Assembly: GCF_009914755.1 (NCBI RefSeq)
Contig: NC_060927.1
Length of the DNA stretch: 64,000 nucleotides
From: the human T2T-CHM13v2.0 reference genome, Homo sapiens
Strand: one strand, 5' to 3'
A model generated the notes under the pieces. The model was not told the origin of the DNA. It saw only the letters and a list, made by a program, of their open reading frames with translations, and did no database searches. The first letter of the stretch is position 1; every line of letters begins with the position of its first letter. Made by a program: the position numbers and the translations under genes. This document shows, one piece after another, positions 30,631-44,890 of the stretch.

Positions 30631-32110
30631 ATATGACTTCTGTTTCTGTCTTCCCACACCTACTCAGCTTTCGTTATTAAGATATCACCTTCAGAGTTAG
30701 ACTCACCCAGTTTCTTACTTAGTCCAAACTATGCTGACAGGTCACTGAGCCAGGACGAATCTTACTGTGCTAAAAGTGAGCAGCCTCTATGCCCAGAATA
30801 ATCTTCAAGATGTCCACATTCAAGTCAAGTTGCCAACTCTGCCTAACTCCACATTCAATACCTTATTCTCATCTTCTTCCCCAAACTGGTTCCTGGGTTT
30901 ACCAGTTTTATATAATTTTAGATTTTCAGCTGCCTCCTTAGTCCAGACACTTAGCTTAGCTGTTGTCCTCATTTCTTACCCAAAGGCGCATGAAATCCCA
31001 TTTTAACCCCACTCTAAACCTCCAACCATAACATGGTATTCTTTGCATTCTAAGTATTGCTTAAGTCTAGGAAGTCTAGTTACTGGGCCCCACGCATCAT
31101 ATCAGACCTCCTTGGCTATTGACATTTGCCTGGCTGGGTCCTAGGTTTGTCAACTGTGCTTTGGACGACTGGTCACTTTCCTCAGGAAGCAGTCCCTGTA
31201 CTTCCAGCTTACTCCCTCTACTTTCTCTCATTACCTTTTTCAGGCTCCCTCTCCTTACCCATATCTGGGTTCCTAGCATCACTTTCAAGTCCTCAAACAC
31301 CACTATAATGCCAACCAAATTGAATTCATCTTTGTTCTGTAAACTTTTCAAATCTGTTATGAGGATGAAAAGACATAACAAATGTGGCAGCAATTTGCAC
31401 AGTTAAAACTTCCAGACACTCCTGATTTTATTAATTAGGCTGGGTTTGATTGTTTTCATTTGCTTAAGCTTGAAGTCAAAGTTAAATCAGAGAATTTCTC
31501 ATCTTTGGAGATATGTGATTCTTGATTTACATTCATGTAACAACTTTTATGTAGGCAGATACTTTTCGGATATATCTCCCAAGAGATTTATATGGAATTT
31601 ACATCTATTATTAACATAAATTGGTTATGCTCTGGCATTGTGGCTTTATTAGCCATTCTTCTAACATTTGAAAATTGCTATTAAAGACTTTACAGTTAAG
31701 GTAAACTCTACCAATAGTCTTCTCATAAGCCAAACCCTGTGTGATTCTTTATATTTGCATTTTCTATTTAGCGTGTACAGTATGTGCCCGGACTTCATTT
31801 CCTTAGAAAAACAAGGCACTAGGTAGACTTAGGCGGATGCAGGACTTTAAAAATACTGCTGAAATAATGCTGAGAATATTTTTAATAGACTGAAGAATGT
31901 TGTCTTAAACATATTTTTATATGGCAGCTTAAAAAAAGCAAAATGTGAGATTTTTAAATGGTTACAAAATTAACAATCACTTAATTGTCATAAAAAGCTA
32001 TAAGAATAGTGCTGTAAGTATTGATCACCTTTTCTGGTCATATTGGGAACATGATTGAAGGTACATATGGGAACAAGGAAGGGCCCAGCATTTCACTTGA
32101 GTCATCTCAT

Positions 32111-32169
32111 TCTCTCTCTCTCTCTCTCTCTGTGTGTGTTTGTGTATGTGTGTGTGTGTGCGTGTGTGT
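32111..32169. repeat. (TC)10 followed by interrupted (TG)n
   Basis: Read directly. Confidence 0.95.
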
Positions 32170-32760
32170 ATAATGAGAGAAGTGCCCAAATATAATCCTA
32201 GTTTTATAAACACACATAACAAATGATAGCTAATGGTTTTAGGTCCTGAGTCTTTGTTTCTTGGCCACCACTGAGAGAGCTGCATTTTGATACCAATTTC
32301 ATGTCACCTGAGAAGCGACTTCCCTGAGAGATGCCTTATCACCTGCAAGTAAATTAAAAGCCACAGGTGTCCAGTAGGTTAACACTGACCGTCTTGGAAA
32401 TCAGTGATTCAGAAAAGGTCCTGTAATAAGGCAAAATGTAGGATCTCGTCATCTGGTCTTGGAACTTACAAAATGATGTTTAAAATGTTGGTTGGGAGTG
32501 GCATTGAAATACTGCTACTATGCCATTTTCCAAGAATGTTGAGGTCAGCCAAACTTGGTTTAAACCACCTTTTATAATATAATTTCTATGAAACATGCAT
32601 TCTGATTTCCATTTCCCAACAGAGGAACTTTATATATTCACTTAAGTAGATATCTATCTCAATTCAGAGGGGAAAGCTTAACATTTAGTTAGTGATAGGT
32701 TAATCAACATCATAGACTACTAGATACCTTTTTTAAAAAAATCAGGAATTAAATATTCTT

Positions 32761-33055
32761 CTGTTTGTTTTTCTTGTGACAGGATCTCACTCTATCACCT
32801 AGTCTGGAGTGCAGTGGCACGATCATGGGTCATTGCAGCCTGAAACCGGGCTCAAGCAATCCTCCCACCTCAGCCTCTTGAGTAGCTAGTACTGCAGGCA
32901 TGAGCCACCACACCAGGCTAATTATTTTATTTTTTGTTAGAGATGGGGTCTTGTTTTGTTACCCAAGTTGGTCTCAAACTCCTGGCCTCAAGCGATCTTC
33001 CTACCTCAGCCTCCCAAAGTGCTGGGAGTACAGGCATGAGCCACCGTGCCCATCC
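32761..33055 (-). mobile_element. AluJ
   Basis: J-type arms; perfect 17-bp TSD AGGAATTAAATATTCTT (32744, 33056). Confidence 0.92.
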
Positions 33056-36000
33056 AGGAATTAAATATTCTTAAGGCGATCTTGTCTGTTGCCTCTTGAC
33101 TGTGTTCCTTTGAAAGATATGAACTTGGACTCCTTTATTTGAAATGTAATCAGCCAGTTCCTCCCTTTTTTCTCTTCCCCGTTTGCCAATCAGAGGGGGT
33201 TACAGCGCATTAGTTGATTTAATCAGCATAGAATAATGTAAAACAGTTTATAAGGTGATGCCTTTCTGCATTCATTAAGCCTCCTGTTTCACCCATTGAA
33301 CAGAAAAAGAGAGCCACATTGATCAGGGACTACTTGTGATAAACTATCTGACCCACATGGCCTGGGTGGAGTGTTTCGTGTTTAGGAGGATAGGCCACTG
33401 GGAGGGAGTGCTTGCCCTCACTACACCAAAGGCAGGCTCCACTTCTCTCATCCATGAGATCATTTAGCTCAAAGAAAGAATCAGCAAAAGAAGCAAAAGG
33501 GAGGAATTGGGGCCTGGCATGTCTACAGGAGTGACTTGCTTCTCCTCTACCAGATATGACAAGAAGAAGTGAGGTGGATATTTCTGATTTCAGTTATCTC
33601 TGAAATTGGTGAAGTATATTCTGTGATGCTACTGACATACTTTTTGCCTTTGAATTTTCCTGTCAACTCTTTTTAAAACAACTTGAATGTTTCATGACTA
33701 TACTTTTGAATGCCTAGATGTCAACAACTATACACTTATGAGTAGAAAAAAATAAGTTGATATAAGTAACGAACGTTTCCTGGTCATAGAAAAATTATAG
33801 TCTTTTTATAGCTGAGCTTCCAGTTTCTTAAAGTAACCTTGTAGAGAATTGGTGGTCTGGTTTTTTAAGAAGAGTTCCCTAGGAGTAGTAGCTACATACT
33901 TTCTACTTTAATTCTTTTTTTAGTTCTAGTAAGAGAGATGCTTAAGCTGTTTTTACAGCTATAGCAAGTTCCTGGCCATAGCACTTAGAAATAGACTCAG
34001 CTACTTAATAAATACCAGTTAATTAAATATCTTATTGTTCAGAAAAAAAATAATAATTTGGCTAAAAAATAGCAGAAATAAATTTCAGGAAATTCTTTTT
34101 CTGTCTCCTTTTTTCCTCACTTGCTTTTGTGCAAACGTTTCTATGTGCTTTATTGGGCAGAAACCAAGAACTTAATGATGCCCCTAATTACCCAGCTTCT
34201 CTCCTGACAGTTAGTTTGTGTGTACTTTAATGATAGGCACTATGTAACTGTATTTGTGGATACACAGATTTCAATTCAAGTTGAGTACATCTCTATTTTC
34301 TTTTTAAACATCCAAAAAAAATTAAAAAGATTATCTCCAGGTTTGATCCTTAGAACTGGAGGCCACTGATGTCAGAGTAAGGGCCAAACACATTAGTACC
34401 GAAAGGAAATAATGTTTGGAAAATGAGAATGGATCCATAAGGCTAAATGATCTACAAACTGTGATCATTTGACAAAGCTGGACCACATGCAGAGCTTTTT
34501 CTTTTGGAGTTGTCCTGTCCCAGAAAGCAGTGAAGGATGACATTGTGTTAGAACATAGGTTGGGACATGAAGAGTCTGGAGATGTGAAAAACACATTACA
34601 CATCCAGGAGAGTGCTACCAGGGATGTACTAGCCAGAAGAGAACAAATGATCAACACTGAGCTTTCAACAACATGAATCTGGCTGAGCGTTTCATAAATA
34701 ATCCAGTGGACATTCACTACAGGATAGACGGGCACCATTCTTGTTTTAATGCCTGCTGGAAATATACCCTGTGAATCTCATTTTTTCAGCTGAAAAAGGA
34801 ATGAGTGGTGCTTTGGCTACATTTTTAGCAATGAATAGGTATTCTCTCAGGTCAGTGCATTAAGCAGGATGTTACATGGAATTAAGCAGGATAATGATGC
34901 AGTACATAGAATAAGGAAATGCTGACTGAGTCCTGGAAATTTGGAAATAGACTCTGGTTAGGAGCTCAGAAATCGAAGGCTCAGAAATGGATATTTACCA
35001 CTCTCAGGGATTTTGAACCTAGGAGTCTTAGGCACAAATAAGAAGTTGTTAATTTTTCTGATATATTTTTTAACATGTTCAGTTTGGTTTTCAGACATTA
35101 GGAACAAAATAACTGGAAAAAGCCAAATTGAAGACCAGAGAAAACTATACATTTAGGCAAGTGAAGTTCAGTTTCACACACAAAGGAATAAATCATGGCA
35201 TTTTGTATGAGGGTAGGATTAAAGCTTTTGATTCTATGTAATATCAAAATACTGATTTAAGAGGAAGTGATTTACTGGAGTATCTGTATATTAATCAATG
35301 ACAAACAATATGGATAAAAAACTTTTCAAATCAATCAAACTGATTGCAGTTCTCCATATCCACTAATGATTTTGACATTTGCAGATATATAGAATAAATA
35401 CAAAGTTCCAAATGAAGCATAATAGTTTTACAGAGAGACCAACTCTGTCTGCATTATGAACTCAAAGAAATGTTTAATGTTTAATTCAGAGACTGAGAGA
35501 ATGTTCGTGATATCTGAAGTAGGTGGTGCTGCTAACAAAACAATGGGCAGCCACTTTGTACCGAGCCAAGAGAGCTCTTCCCATCTCCAGCCGAAACACA
35601 CCCTCTTTTTCTCCCATCATCTGGTGCAGGTTAACACATTATCACAATCTTCACTGTCACAATTAACCCCTGGAAAGGAGTTGTGTCATAAAAACACTCC
35701 ATAGGACTTCACAAATCCATATGGCAGGCACAGCTGGGAAGACAGTTGCAGTTGATAACGTAGCATTTCAGAAATATCCAAAGAATCTCTACTTTGTGAA
35801 GTAGTGTGGAATTTACACATCCTCTCATTCCCTCAAATCAGCACATACACTAGGGAACACCTGGGAAATGCCAAGATGCTTCAGTTTTAGGTGTTTGAAG
35901 CCCAGTTCTTATCATTTCACGCAAACCAGAGTATGCTTTTTGAAAAGATGAAAGGACTTTTAAAAACAAAAGGTGGCTGATTTAAGGATTATGTTTCTTC

Positions 36001-36294
36001 CTTCTCCACTTACTGCAAACTGAGGTAGCTATGACAGCTCTCTAACATTAGTACCCAAATATGAGAAAGACATTCATGTACCTTCTTCTCTTGCTACCCT
36101 GAGAATTTGTTCACTGTCTCTGCAAGCCAGCACTCCTTCTAAATGTACAACTCCAGTTTACTTCAATGGACACAGTTGTGATGAATGAAATTTATGATTG
36201 GATTCTAATGGATTATGTAAATTAGGATTTCAAGGTTAAAGGAATAGATTTCTTTTAAAAAGTAAAAATAGGAGATTTTGGCAGAACCTTTCAG

Positions 36295-36710
36295 ATACCA
36301 GGCCTTGTCATAGACAGGGCAGATATAGGAGTGGGCCAAAACAAAATGTTTTCTCCTGCCATGTAGCCTACAGGTCTGCTAGGGAGGAGCGGGGTAATGA
36401 AATCATCATACTGAGATGTGTGCTCTTGGTTGTGAGGTGGGGGTGAGGGAAAGGAAAACAGGGTTCAGTGACCATGTAAAATAGAAGGACATCATGTGGA
36501 TTGGGGAGTCAGAGAAGGCTTCCTTGAAGAAGTAGTTCTGTGGCTTAGATCTGAAGGACAAGAGAGTAGAAGGAAAGGAGGAGTATTATAGACAGAACAG
36601 CTGTATGTAAGTCTGGAGTGGAGAGGTTGTCAAAAGAAGCCAACATGGCACATGAGTATGGACATGGGGAAGGGTGTTTCAGTTTACTGTGAAAGTGGTG
36701 ACTGAAGCAA
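36295..36710 (-). mobile_element. L2
   Basis: gtcagagaaggcttccttgaagaag...gatctgaaggac. Confidence 0.7.
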
Positions 36711-37874
36711 TAGAAAGCTCCATTTTTGTTCCTCAAAATCTTATGAAATCAATGATAGCCAGACACCAGTAAGTTGGAAACAGAAAATGTTATCAAATTG
36801 CCTCAAATTTAAGTTTTAAAAATTGAGATTCTGGGAGCCCCGTGCAGTCAATTTATAGAAATGGTGGGATGCACCCATTCTTAGCTGGTGAAACCAAGGC
36901 TGGGATAGAATTACAACCGATGTGTTAAAGTCATAGAGTTAAATAAAAAATAAAATATCTACACTATGTAAATGAATAATAAAATAAGAAATCTACACTA
37001 TCATGATGACTTGAGAAAATACTTAGTGATAAAAAAAAATTACTTGGTGATCGAGAAGGAGGGGAAATGTCAGACATTGCCTAAGGATGCAAAGCAAAAC
37101 AAAATAGAATGAAAATGCTTTGGAAGGAACGCCTTAAGAAAATATAAGAAAATGAATGGATGCATCTCCACTGTGCTTTTGGTCAAGTACAAGAAAACAT
37201 GGATTCTATGAAACAAAGATGCCAATGTTAAAAGAGAGTTGCCGCCAATGCAGATTGAGGTTTGAAGGGAGCTGGCAATGATGAGAAATGGAAATATTAA
37301 AATCTGCAATGCAGACTCAGTAAAAAGCCAAATAAACATTGTAGCAAATTGAATTAGTGATAAGCATGGCTAACTAGGTAAGTTTTTATAAAGAACATAA
37401 AATGAAAGTATAATAATCAGAAAGCTTCATAAATATAAAAATTAGGTAGTAAAGTTCCAACCCATATGTAATCAATGTAATTGGTAAAGACAGGTCATCA
37501 GTGTGTATGTATTGTTTTATTGTTTAATATCATCACATACTTACCATTCCATGTGAGTTCATCATCCTTTTAATAGTAAAAACATATTGTACTTTCTCAT
37601 GTTTGAGCGGAAGAAAAAAAATTATGGTATTTTTTATTTTAATAATTAAAGAAGAAAGGATGTTTACTGGGAGCTGCCACAAAAACACTTGGTGTTTTAT
37701 ACATGGTGTTACACACAGTTCCAGAGATATATTCAAAGGATTTGGAAAATTTTTAAAAAATAATTCCAATGACATAACTTTACTTGGGTTCAGCATATGA
37801 CCTGTACTCCTAGTAGCTCATATATTCTGTTATGTTTGTGTATGACACATAAATTTGTTAAATATAAACAACTG

Positions 37875-38190
37875 GGCTGGGCGAGGTGGCTCACACCTAT
37901 AATCCCAACACTTGGGGAGGCCAAGGCAGGCGGATCACTTGAGGTCAGGAAATCGAGACCATCCTGGCTAACACGGTGAAACCCCGTCTTACTAAAAAGA
38001 AAAATACAAAAATTTAGCTGGGCATGGTGGCGGGCACCTGTAGTCCCAGCTACTCGGGAGGCTGAGGCAGGAGAATCACTTGATCACGGGAGGCAGAGGT
38101 TGCAGTAAGCCGAGATCGCCACTGCTCTCCAGCCTGGGCAACAGAGCAAGACTTCGTCTCAAAAAAAGATAAATAAAAAATAATAATTAA
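37875..38190 (+). mobile_element. Alu with mosaic Sz/Sc8-Y diagnostics
   Basis: gatcacttgaggtc followed by gagaccatcctggctaacacgg. Confidence 0.9.
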
Positions 38191-38289
38191 AAACATATCA
38201 CAATTTTTGTTAAAAAAATAAAGAAAGCATAGATGTAAGAAATAAAAATGGGATATGTACCATCTAAGTTGCTAGAGACAATAAAATCA

Positions 38290-38610
<321 letters not shown>

Positions 38611-38903
38611 AAAGAAGCTGTAATCTATTTAACCAGAGACTCAAAATAAAGATGAGCAAAAAAGCATACATGAAGTATAGAAATATGACAGATATGAGTG
38701 TGTGTAGCTTATGAAATATAAAGAAATGCAACTTATTTTAAATATAAGAGCCTCAGATTGAGTTAAAAATATGATCTAAACAAAATGCAATGATACAAAA
38801 TACCTAGACTACCAACAAAACAGATTTTAAAAAGAAAAATAAATGAGGGCAGAATTATTAGTTTTAGACCAAGCATTATTCAAATACAAAAGCATTAAAT
38901 TAG

Positions 38904-39242
<339 letters not shown>

Positions 39243-40444
39243 TAAAATACACAAACCACAATGAAGACATTCCATTTACATTATTTTAAACACCATGAAA
39301 CATAGAGTCATAGTATATAAAGCTAAAAGTTTGGGAATACAAGGAGAAATTACTAATGCATATTTGTTACTTAACTTGATAGGTCAAGTCAATAAAAATA
39401 AGCATATAAAGAATTTGAATAATGTAATAATGATTGGCCTTTCTTAATGTAAACATACATACTTATGTATTTTCTCTTTAAGCACTTCCATAAATCCTAT
39501 TTCAATTGTTTACATGTTCAGCCAAAAAAAATTTAAACAAAATTGAAATTATATAGGCCAGGCCTTATTTTCCGCCATAATGCAATTAAATAAGAAATTA
39601 GTTATAGGTCAATTTTATACAACACCACAAATTTTTTAAAAACCGTCCCATGCAAATTTCAAATCACATTTCTGATACCTACTGGGTCAAAGAAAAGATA
39701 AAACCCATATTAATATATTTTTCAAAAGTGAAAAAAATGAGAACAAACATATCTACACTTGTACAATTTATGAAAAGTATACCCTGAAACAAATTAATAA
39801 CCTTAAATTTGTTGTATAAGGAATCCTGGAAATCAAAATCAGTACCTTAAGTATTCACCTCATGCAATTCAAAGGAACATAGCACAAACCTAGGGGAAAT
39901 GGAAAGAAAGAAGATAAAACTCAAAATTAGTGAATTAGAAAACAGTATATAGAGAGACATCCAAGAGGAGCTTTGAGATATGAGATATTCTCTCCAAATC
40001 TAATCAAGAACAAACTAGAGAAATACAAATAGGCAAAATGATAAGTTAAAAAGAGCATATAATTTTCTATAAAATATTTAAAATCATTTAAAAAACTACA
40101 GACAACTCTATGATCATTTAAACATCCGGATGAAATGAATTATCTATTAAGAATATATAAATAACAAAATTGAACCAAGAAAATGTAGAAGATATGAACA
40201 TACCAATTATTATGGAAGGAATTGAAAGTTGTCAAGATTTACTCTCTCCAAGTTCTCTGGTCTATACATTTTATAAAGAAAATATTTTAAAGTTTTAATG
40301 TAATTCTCTTGCCAAATAATTTGTGGCACAGCAAAGACAAGATGAAAAGCTACCAGTTTATTTTATGGAATGAGAATAATCCTGGCACTAGAACTTGACA
40401 AAGACAGCAAAAAGGGAATGCCTCTCTCTTATTTATGAATGTTG

Positions 40445-40600
40445 GTAACGCTTACATAGTGGGTAATACATGTAGGCACTATTTTAAAAGTTTTACATAT
40501 ATTAACTCATTTAACCCTTACAAAAACCTGATTTAGGTGTTATGTATTCCCATTTTATGGATGAGAAAAATACCTGAGACATTAAGTAAATATGGCATTA
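40445..40600 (-). mobile_element. MIR
   Basis: attaactcatttaaccctt...cccattttatggatgagaaaa. Confidence 0.75.
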
Positions 40601-40783
40601 CTCAACAATTCATGAAAAAACACTTTAGGACATGTATATAAAATGAGATAGAAGTTTTAAAAGTACAGGTAACTCAAAATAAGCCAAAATAAGTATTTGC
40701 TCAAAATATACCATATTACAGATTAAAAATACAAAAACAAAATTAAAAAATAAAAACATAATGAAGAGTAAAAAGATACTTCT

Positions 40784-40936
40784 GGGGTGGGGGGCTGGGG
40801 GAGGGATAGCATTAGGAGAAATACGTAATGTAGATGATGGGTTGATGGGTGCAGCAAACCATCATGGCACATATATATCTATGTAACAAACCTGCATGTT
40901 CTGCACATGTATCTCAAAACTTAAAGTATAATAATA
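40784..40936 (+). mobile_element. 153-bp L1PA (PA7/8-like) 3' stub
   Basis: ggagggatagcattaggagaaatac...aacttaaagtataataat; perfect TSD aaaaagatacttct. Confidence 0.92.
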
Positions 40937-42577
40937 AAAAAGATACTTCTATAATCTGCTTAATGACAGCCAATATTATATTTAACAGAGGACGTAAAGA
41001 CAAACAAGAATGAAACAAGGTTTATAATTATTGGGTGATGATACATGAAGGTTCATTATACCATGATTTCTACTTTTGTTATTTGTAATATGTTAGAAAA
41101 TATATGTAACAAAAATGTTAAAAGAATGGTTTCTATGGTTGAATTTAGTGATTTCTAAGGTGGCTTCCAGCTCAGCTCTTACATGGTTCTCTGTTGTTAA
41201 TTACCTCTTTTTCCAAAAAAAGCATTTTTTGTACTAGCCTTTCGGGGAGGAAGATGTTTGCATTATGTGGAGGAGTTTCCACCATACATGGACACATTGG
41301 TCTCCTGCAAACCACGTAGTTCTTTTATTGCTTCTTTTTTCATTTGAAAATCATTCCAGATACTGAAGTTAAAATAGCTGTCCTTGCTTTCCTGCCTGGA
41401 GAGATGGGTATCACTAAAAATGCCTGGATTGGCAGTAATCCGCTTTGCTCCTGCCTGGAGCTGTTCTGAATCTCCAGTGGCAGGCCCTCACGGTGTTACT
41501 GGGGCAAGTGTGCAGTGACGTGCATTTCATCTGCACACAGCAACGGTCAGACTACTTGGCTTTCTGCAGGGAATGAAAAAATACACATATAACCACCCCC
41601 GTTCCCAAATGGCACTGTAGCCTAGTTAAGAAAATTGCTTGAGGGGGAGTGCATTATGCTAAGAGGGCTAGTTCATTTTCAGGTTACAAAACTTTAAATT
41701 CAAGTTGACACAGCTTCTATTTTCATTTCCATACTTATCTCAACTGGGGAAATGTGGTGTTTGTCACTAAAAACCAGCCAGTAAAATGTAGAGGGAAGAT
41801 GGAGAGTCAGTGGTCCGCAGCCTGCAAGTGGCTGTGATCTGAAATATGTCATGCTTTAGTTGGTAGCAGATACCATACCAAATTTGCTTCCCACTGGTAG
41901 ACTTTCTCCTTTTATTTTCAACAAAGTCCCATGTACCCAGCAGCAATCTTTAACAGCAAAAATGCAATTAATATAAGTCATCTCATCATGTACTAGCATT
42001 CCAGATAGCTCATAAACAATTAAGAATCGAGTCTGAATTAAATGCAGAGGTTCAGGGCTAAGTGTGTTACAGGAAGACAGAGAATGCTGTTCTGTCAGTT
42101 TTGTGACCATGAGCAGTTTCATTCAAGAAACCACATGGAAGGTGTTCCACTGTTAAGTACCACATGTGACCTCTCTGGTTTGAATATCTAAGTAGATCCA
42201 TAAAGCTTAAAGTACATAAGCTTTCGTGCGGCTATACTGAAATGTAAAGAATGCGAATGAAGGCACCCATTAAAAGATAAAACTGGGTAAGACTAAAATT
42301 AATCCTCCATAATCCTAGCTTTAGAAACTCTCATCTTTACTGTATACAGGTATCTTTAATGTGAGTTATTGAGTAAGTCCAAGGGCTCTTCTGGTCACCC
42401 TTTCACATATAGTCTACCACATTCCTATTCCAATAGAAGCTGGGAAGCATTCCAGGATAAATTAATTGTAGAATCAATTTGCTTTTATAGAGCATGGATG
42501 AGAGAAATATTGAAGTTTTAAGAGTTTCTGTTGCCAGACTTATAGAATATATTTGCCATTCAGACCCTATGGTTTGT

Positions 42578-42599
42578 AAAAAAAAAAAAAAAAAAAAAA
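42578..42599 (+). repeat. A22 homopolymer
   Basis: Read directly. Confidence 0.95.
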
Positions 42600-44436
42600 T
42601 TAAGCATTTTGGGTGTTGACCCTGGGTTGTGTAATTTATGCATGGCTCTGGTAAGCTGTTACCTCTTAATCACCCAGGAGCCCCAGCTCTTGAAGCAGAC
42701 TAATGATTCCCTGCTGACTATCTGCTCTGCTTGCAGTTCTGCCTTCAACACATCTGTCAGCACCACTTCCCAAGGGGACTGTATGAAAGTTGCAAAGTCT
42801 GACATCCGTACATTAACTACTCTATGACTTTCTCCATTAATAATGGACTGTCCCGCCGTAAGCTGTGAGTTTCCTCCCCAACACCGACCGCTTTTGCTTT
42901 TATGTGCCACTAGGCCTGTCATCAGAGAGACAGCCAGAGAAAAGACATCTGGCATCTGTAACTCATAGGGGGTTCATGAAAACTAAAGCAGGTAGATTAT
43001 TATCTCAAATGAAGTTCCTGGAAATACTGAATGATGAATGTCGTACTAATGGCCTCCTTCCTCTAGCTTGGTGACAGCCTGTAACCAGTTACAAAAAAAA
43101 ATCTTGACATACACCTTCAATTTTTATTTAAGAGATATAGTCCTAATTGTTATGTCAAAACCTTGGAAATAGAGGCCAATTATTTTGAAAACGTTATTTT
43201 TTCCAAATCTACAAAGGAATTGCCATATGATATAATAGCTAAAGGTGTTTTCAAGATCCATTTTCCAATTAATTGCTTTAAAAAAGAATTCTCTGAAGTA
43301 AATCACAAGTGCCTTTAAGATTCTGGCTGGATTGTTTGTTAATATACCTTAGATGCAGATAAAAAGCGGGGGCAGGAAAGAGAAAATTGGAAGCCCACTG
43401 GGTCAGAATGGCAAGTTTTTTGCTTTTACCAAAAAAAAAAAAAGACAGTGGGAATCACAACAGAAAGAGGTCGGATGCTGTTGGTGATTTTTGTACCTCT
43501 GAAGCTTCTAAATATAGAGGGGTTTATTGCTTCTCTTGATAGGTTCCTTGTCAAGTTACTGTAGAAATAACTTACTTACCCCACCTGGAATTTAGAACAG
43601 GGCTTTTAAATTTTCAAGGACTGCACTGCAGTTGAATTGAAGTGAACCAGATGTAAGATAATAGGGGTTGGGAAGACCCTGAGGAAGTAAAGAGTACACA
43701 TCTCATCAATAAGGGGCAGGGCATTGTTGGTTACAGTGCACCCAAGGGAGTGCTCTTAGGGTCAACTAGACAATCAAACTGACTTGATTTCCATGGGTTA
43801 CACTTGACATCTCATTCACTTACAGACCGAGCACAGTGTATGCCCGCAGAGCAGTACTAGGCCTTGGTCTTCAATGGGAATCCCTGGAACAGTCCGAATA
43901 GCAATCTAGGGACTTTTTTAAAATTTTTTTTCTCTATTCCCAAGTGTTATTTCAAGAGCAAAGAAGTTAAACTTGTGTAGCTAAGTGTAGAGTCTCCTGA
44001 TTTAGAAGGTCTATGTCTTAAATAGGAGCCAAGATCTCTGGTGACGTTCCTATAGGCACAGCTTCCAAAATCCCCAGGTCAAGCCTCCTCATTATGAGTC
44101 ACCACACTCAGGGAAGCCCAACCCAATAACTTCTCAACAGATGTGTTCATTTGCAGTCCTTCCAGCCAGATTCAGCTTACCAATCCGGGGTCATTCTTAT
44201 AACAACATAGCCTGCTTATGTGGCTGACATTTCACCTTACCAGGTTTCCAGGGTAACAAAGCCAGAAAGTTAACCCAAGATAAAGTTCTCCATAGAGAGA
44301 GAGAATTTTAACCCGTTACCCACTGTTGTCATATGGGAGTATAAACTCAGATCTTTTCTTTTCCTTTGTTCCTGCTTGCCCTTCTCCTCCTCTTTCTCCT
44401 CGTCCTCCACCTTCTTCCTTCTTTTAGAAAAGCTGG

Positions 44437-44765
<329 letters not shown>

Positions 44766-44804
44766 TTAAAAAATGTTTAGTCTCCCAATTTTTAAGCGAG
44801 ACTA

Positions 44805-44890
44805 CTGGAGTAAGAATACTGGACCAGAGAACAGAAGACCTGGGTTCTATTAATAGTAGTCTAGCAATTTGCTGTGTGACCTCCCTGTGT
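44805..44890 (+). mobile_element. MIR 5' fragment
   Basis: cagaagacctgggttct...gctgtgtgacct. Confidence 0.7.

Noticed and set aside
34330-34350. Recursive splice site (ctccAG|GTttga) and similar AG-GT junctions
   Set aside because: None I saw combines a strong pyrimidine tract with a consensus GTRAG donor.
36942-37001. Degenerate ~34-bp tandem duplication (atctacactat x2)
   Set aside because: Ordinary slippage in A-rich sequence; no sign of function.
42578-42599. A22 as the tail of a processed pseudogene or a real poly(A) site
   Set aside because: No upstream mRNA-like body or TSD; more likely a source of oligo-dT internal priming.
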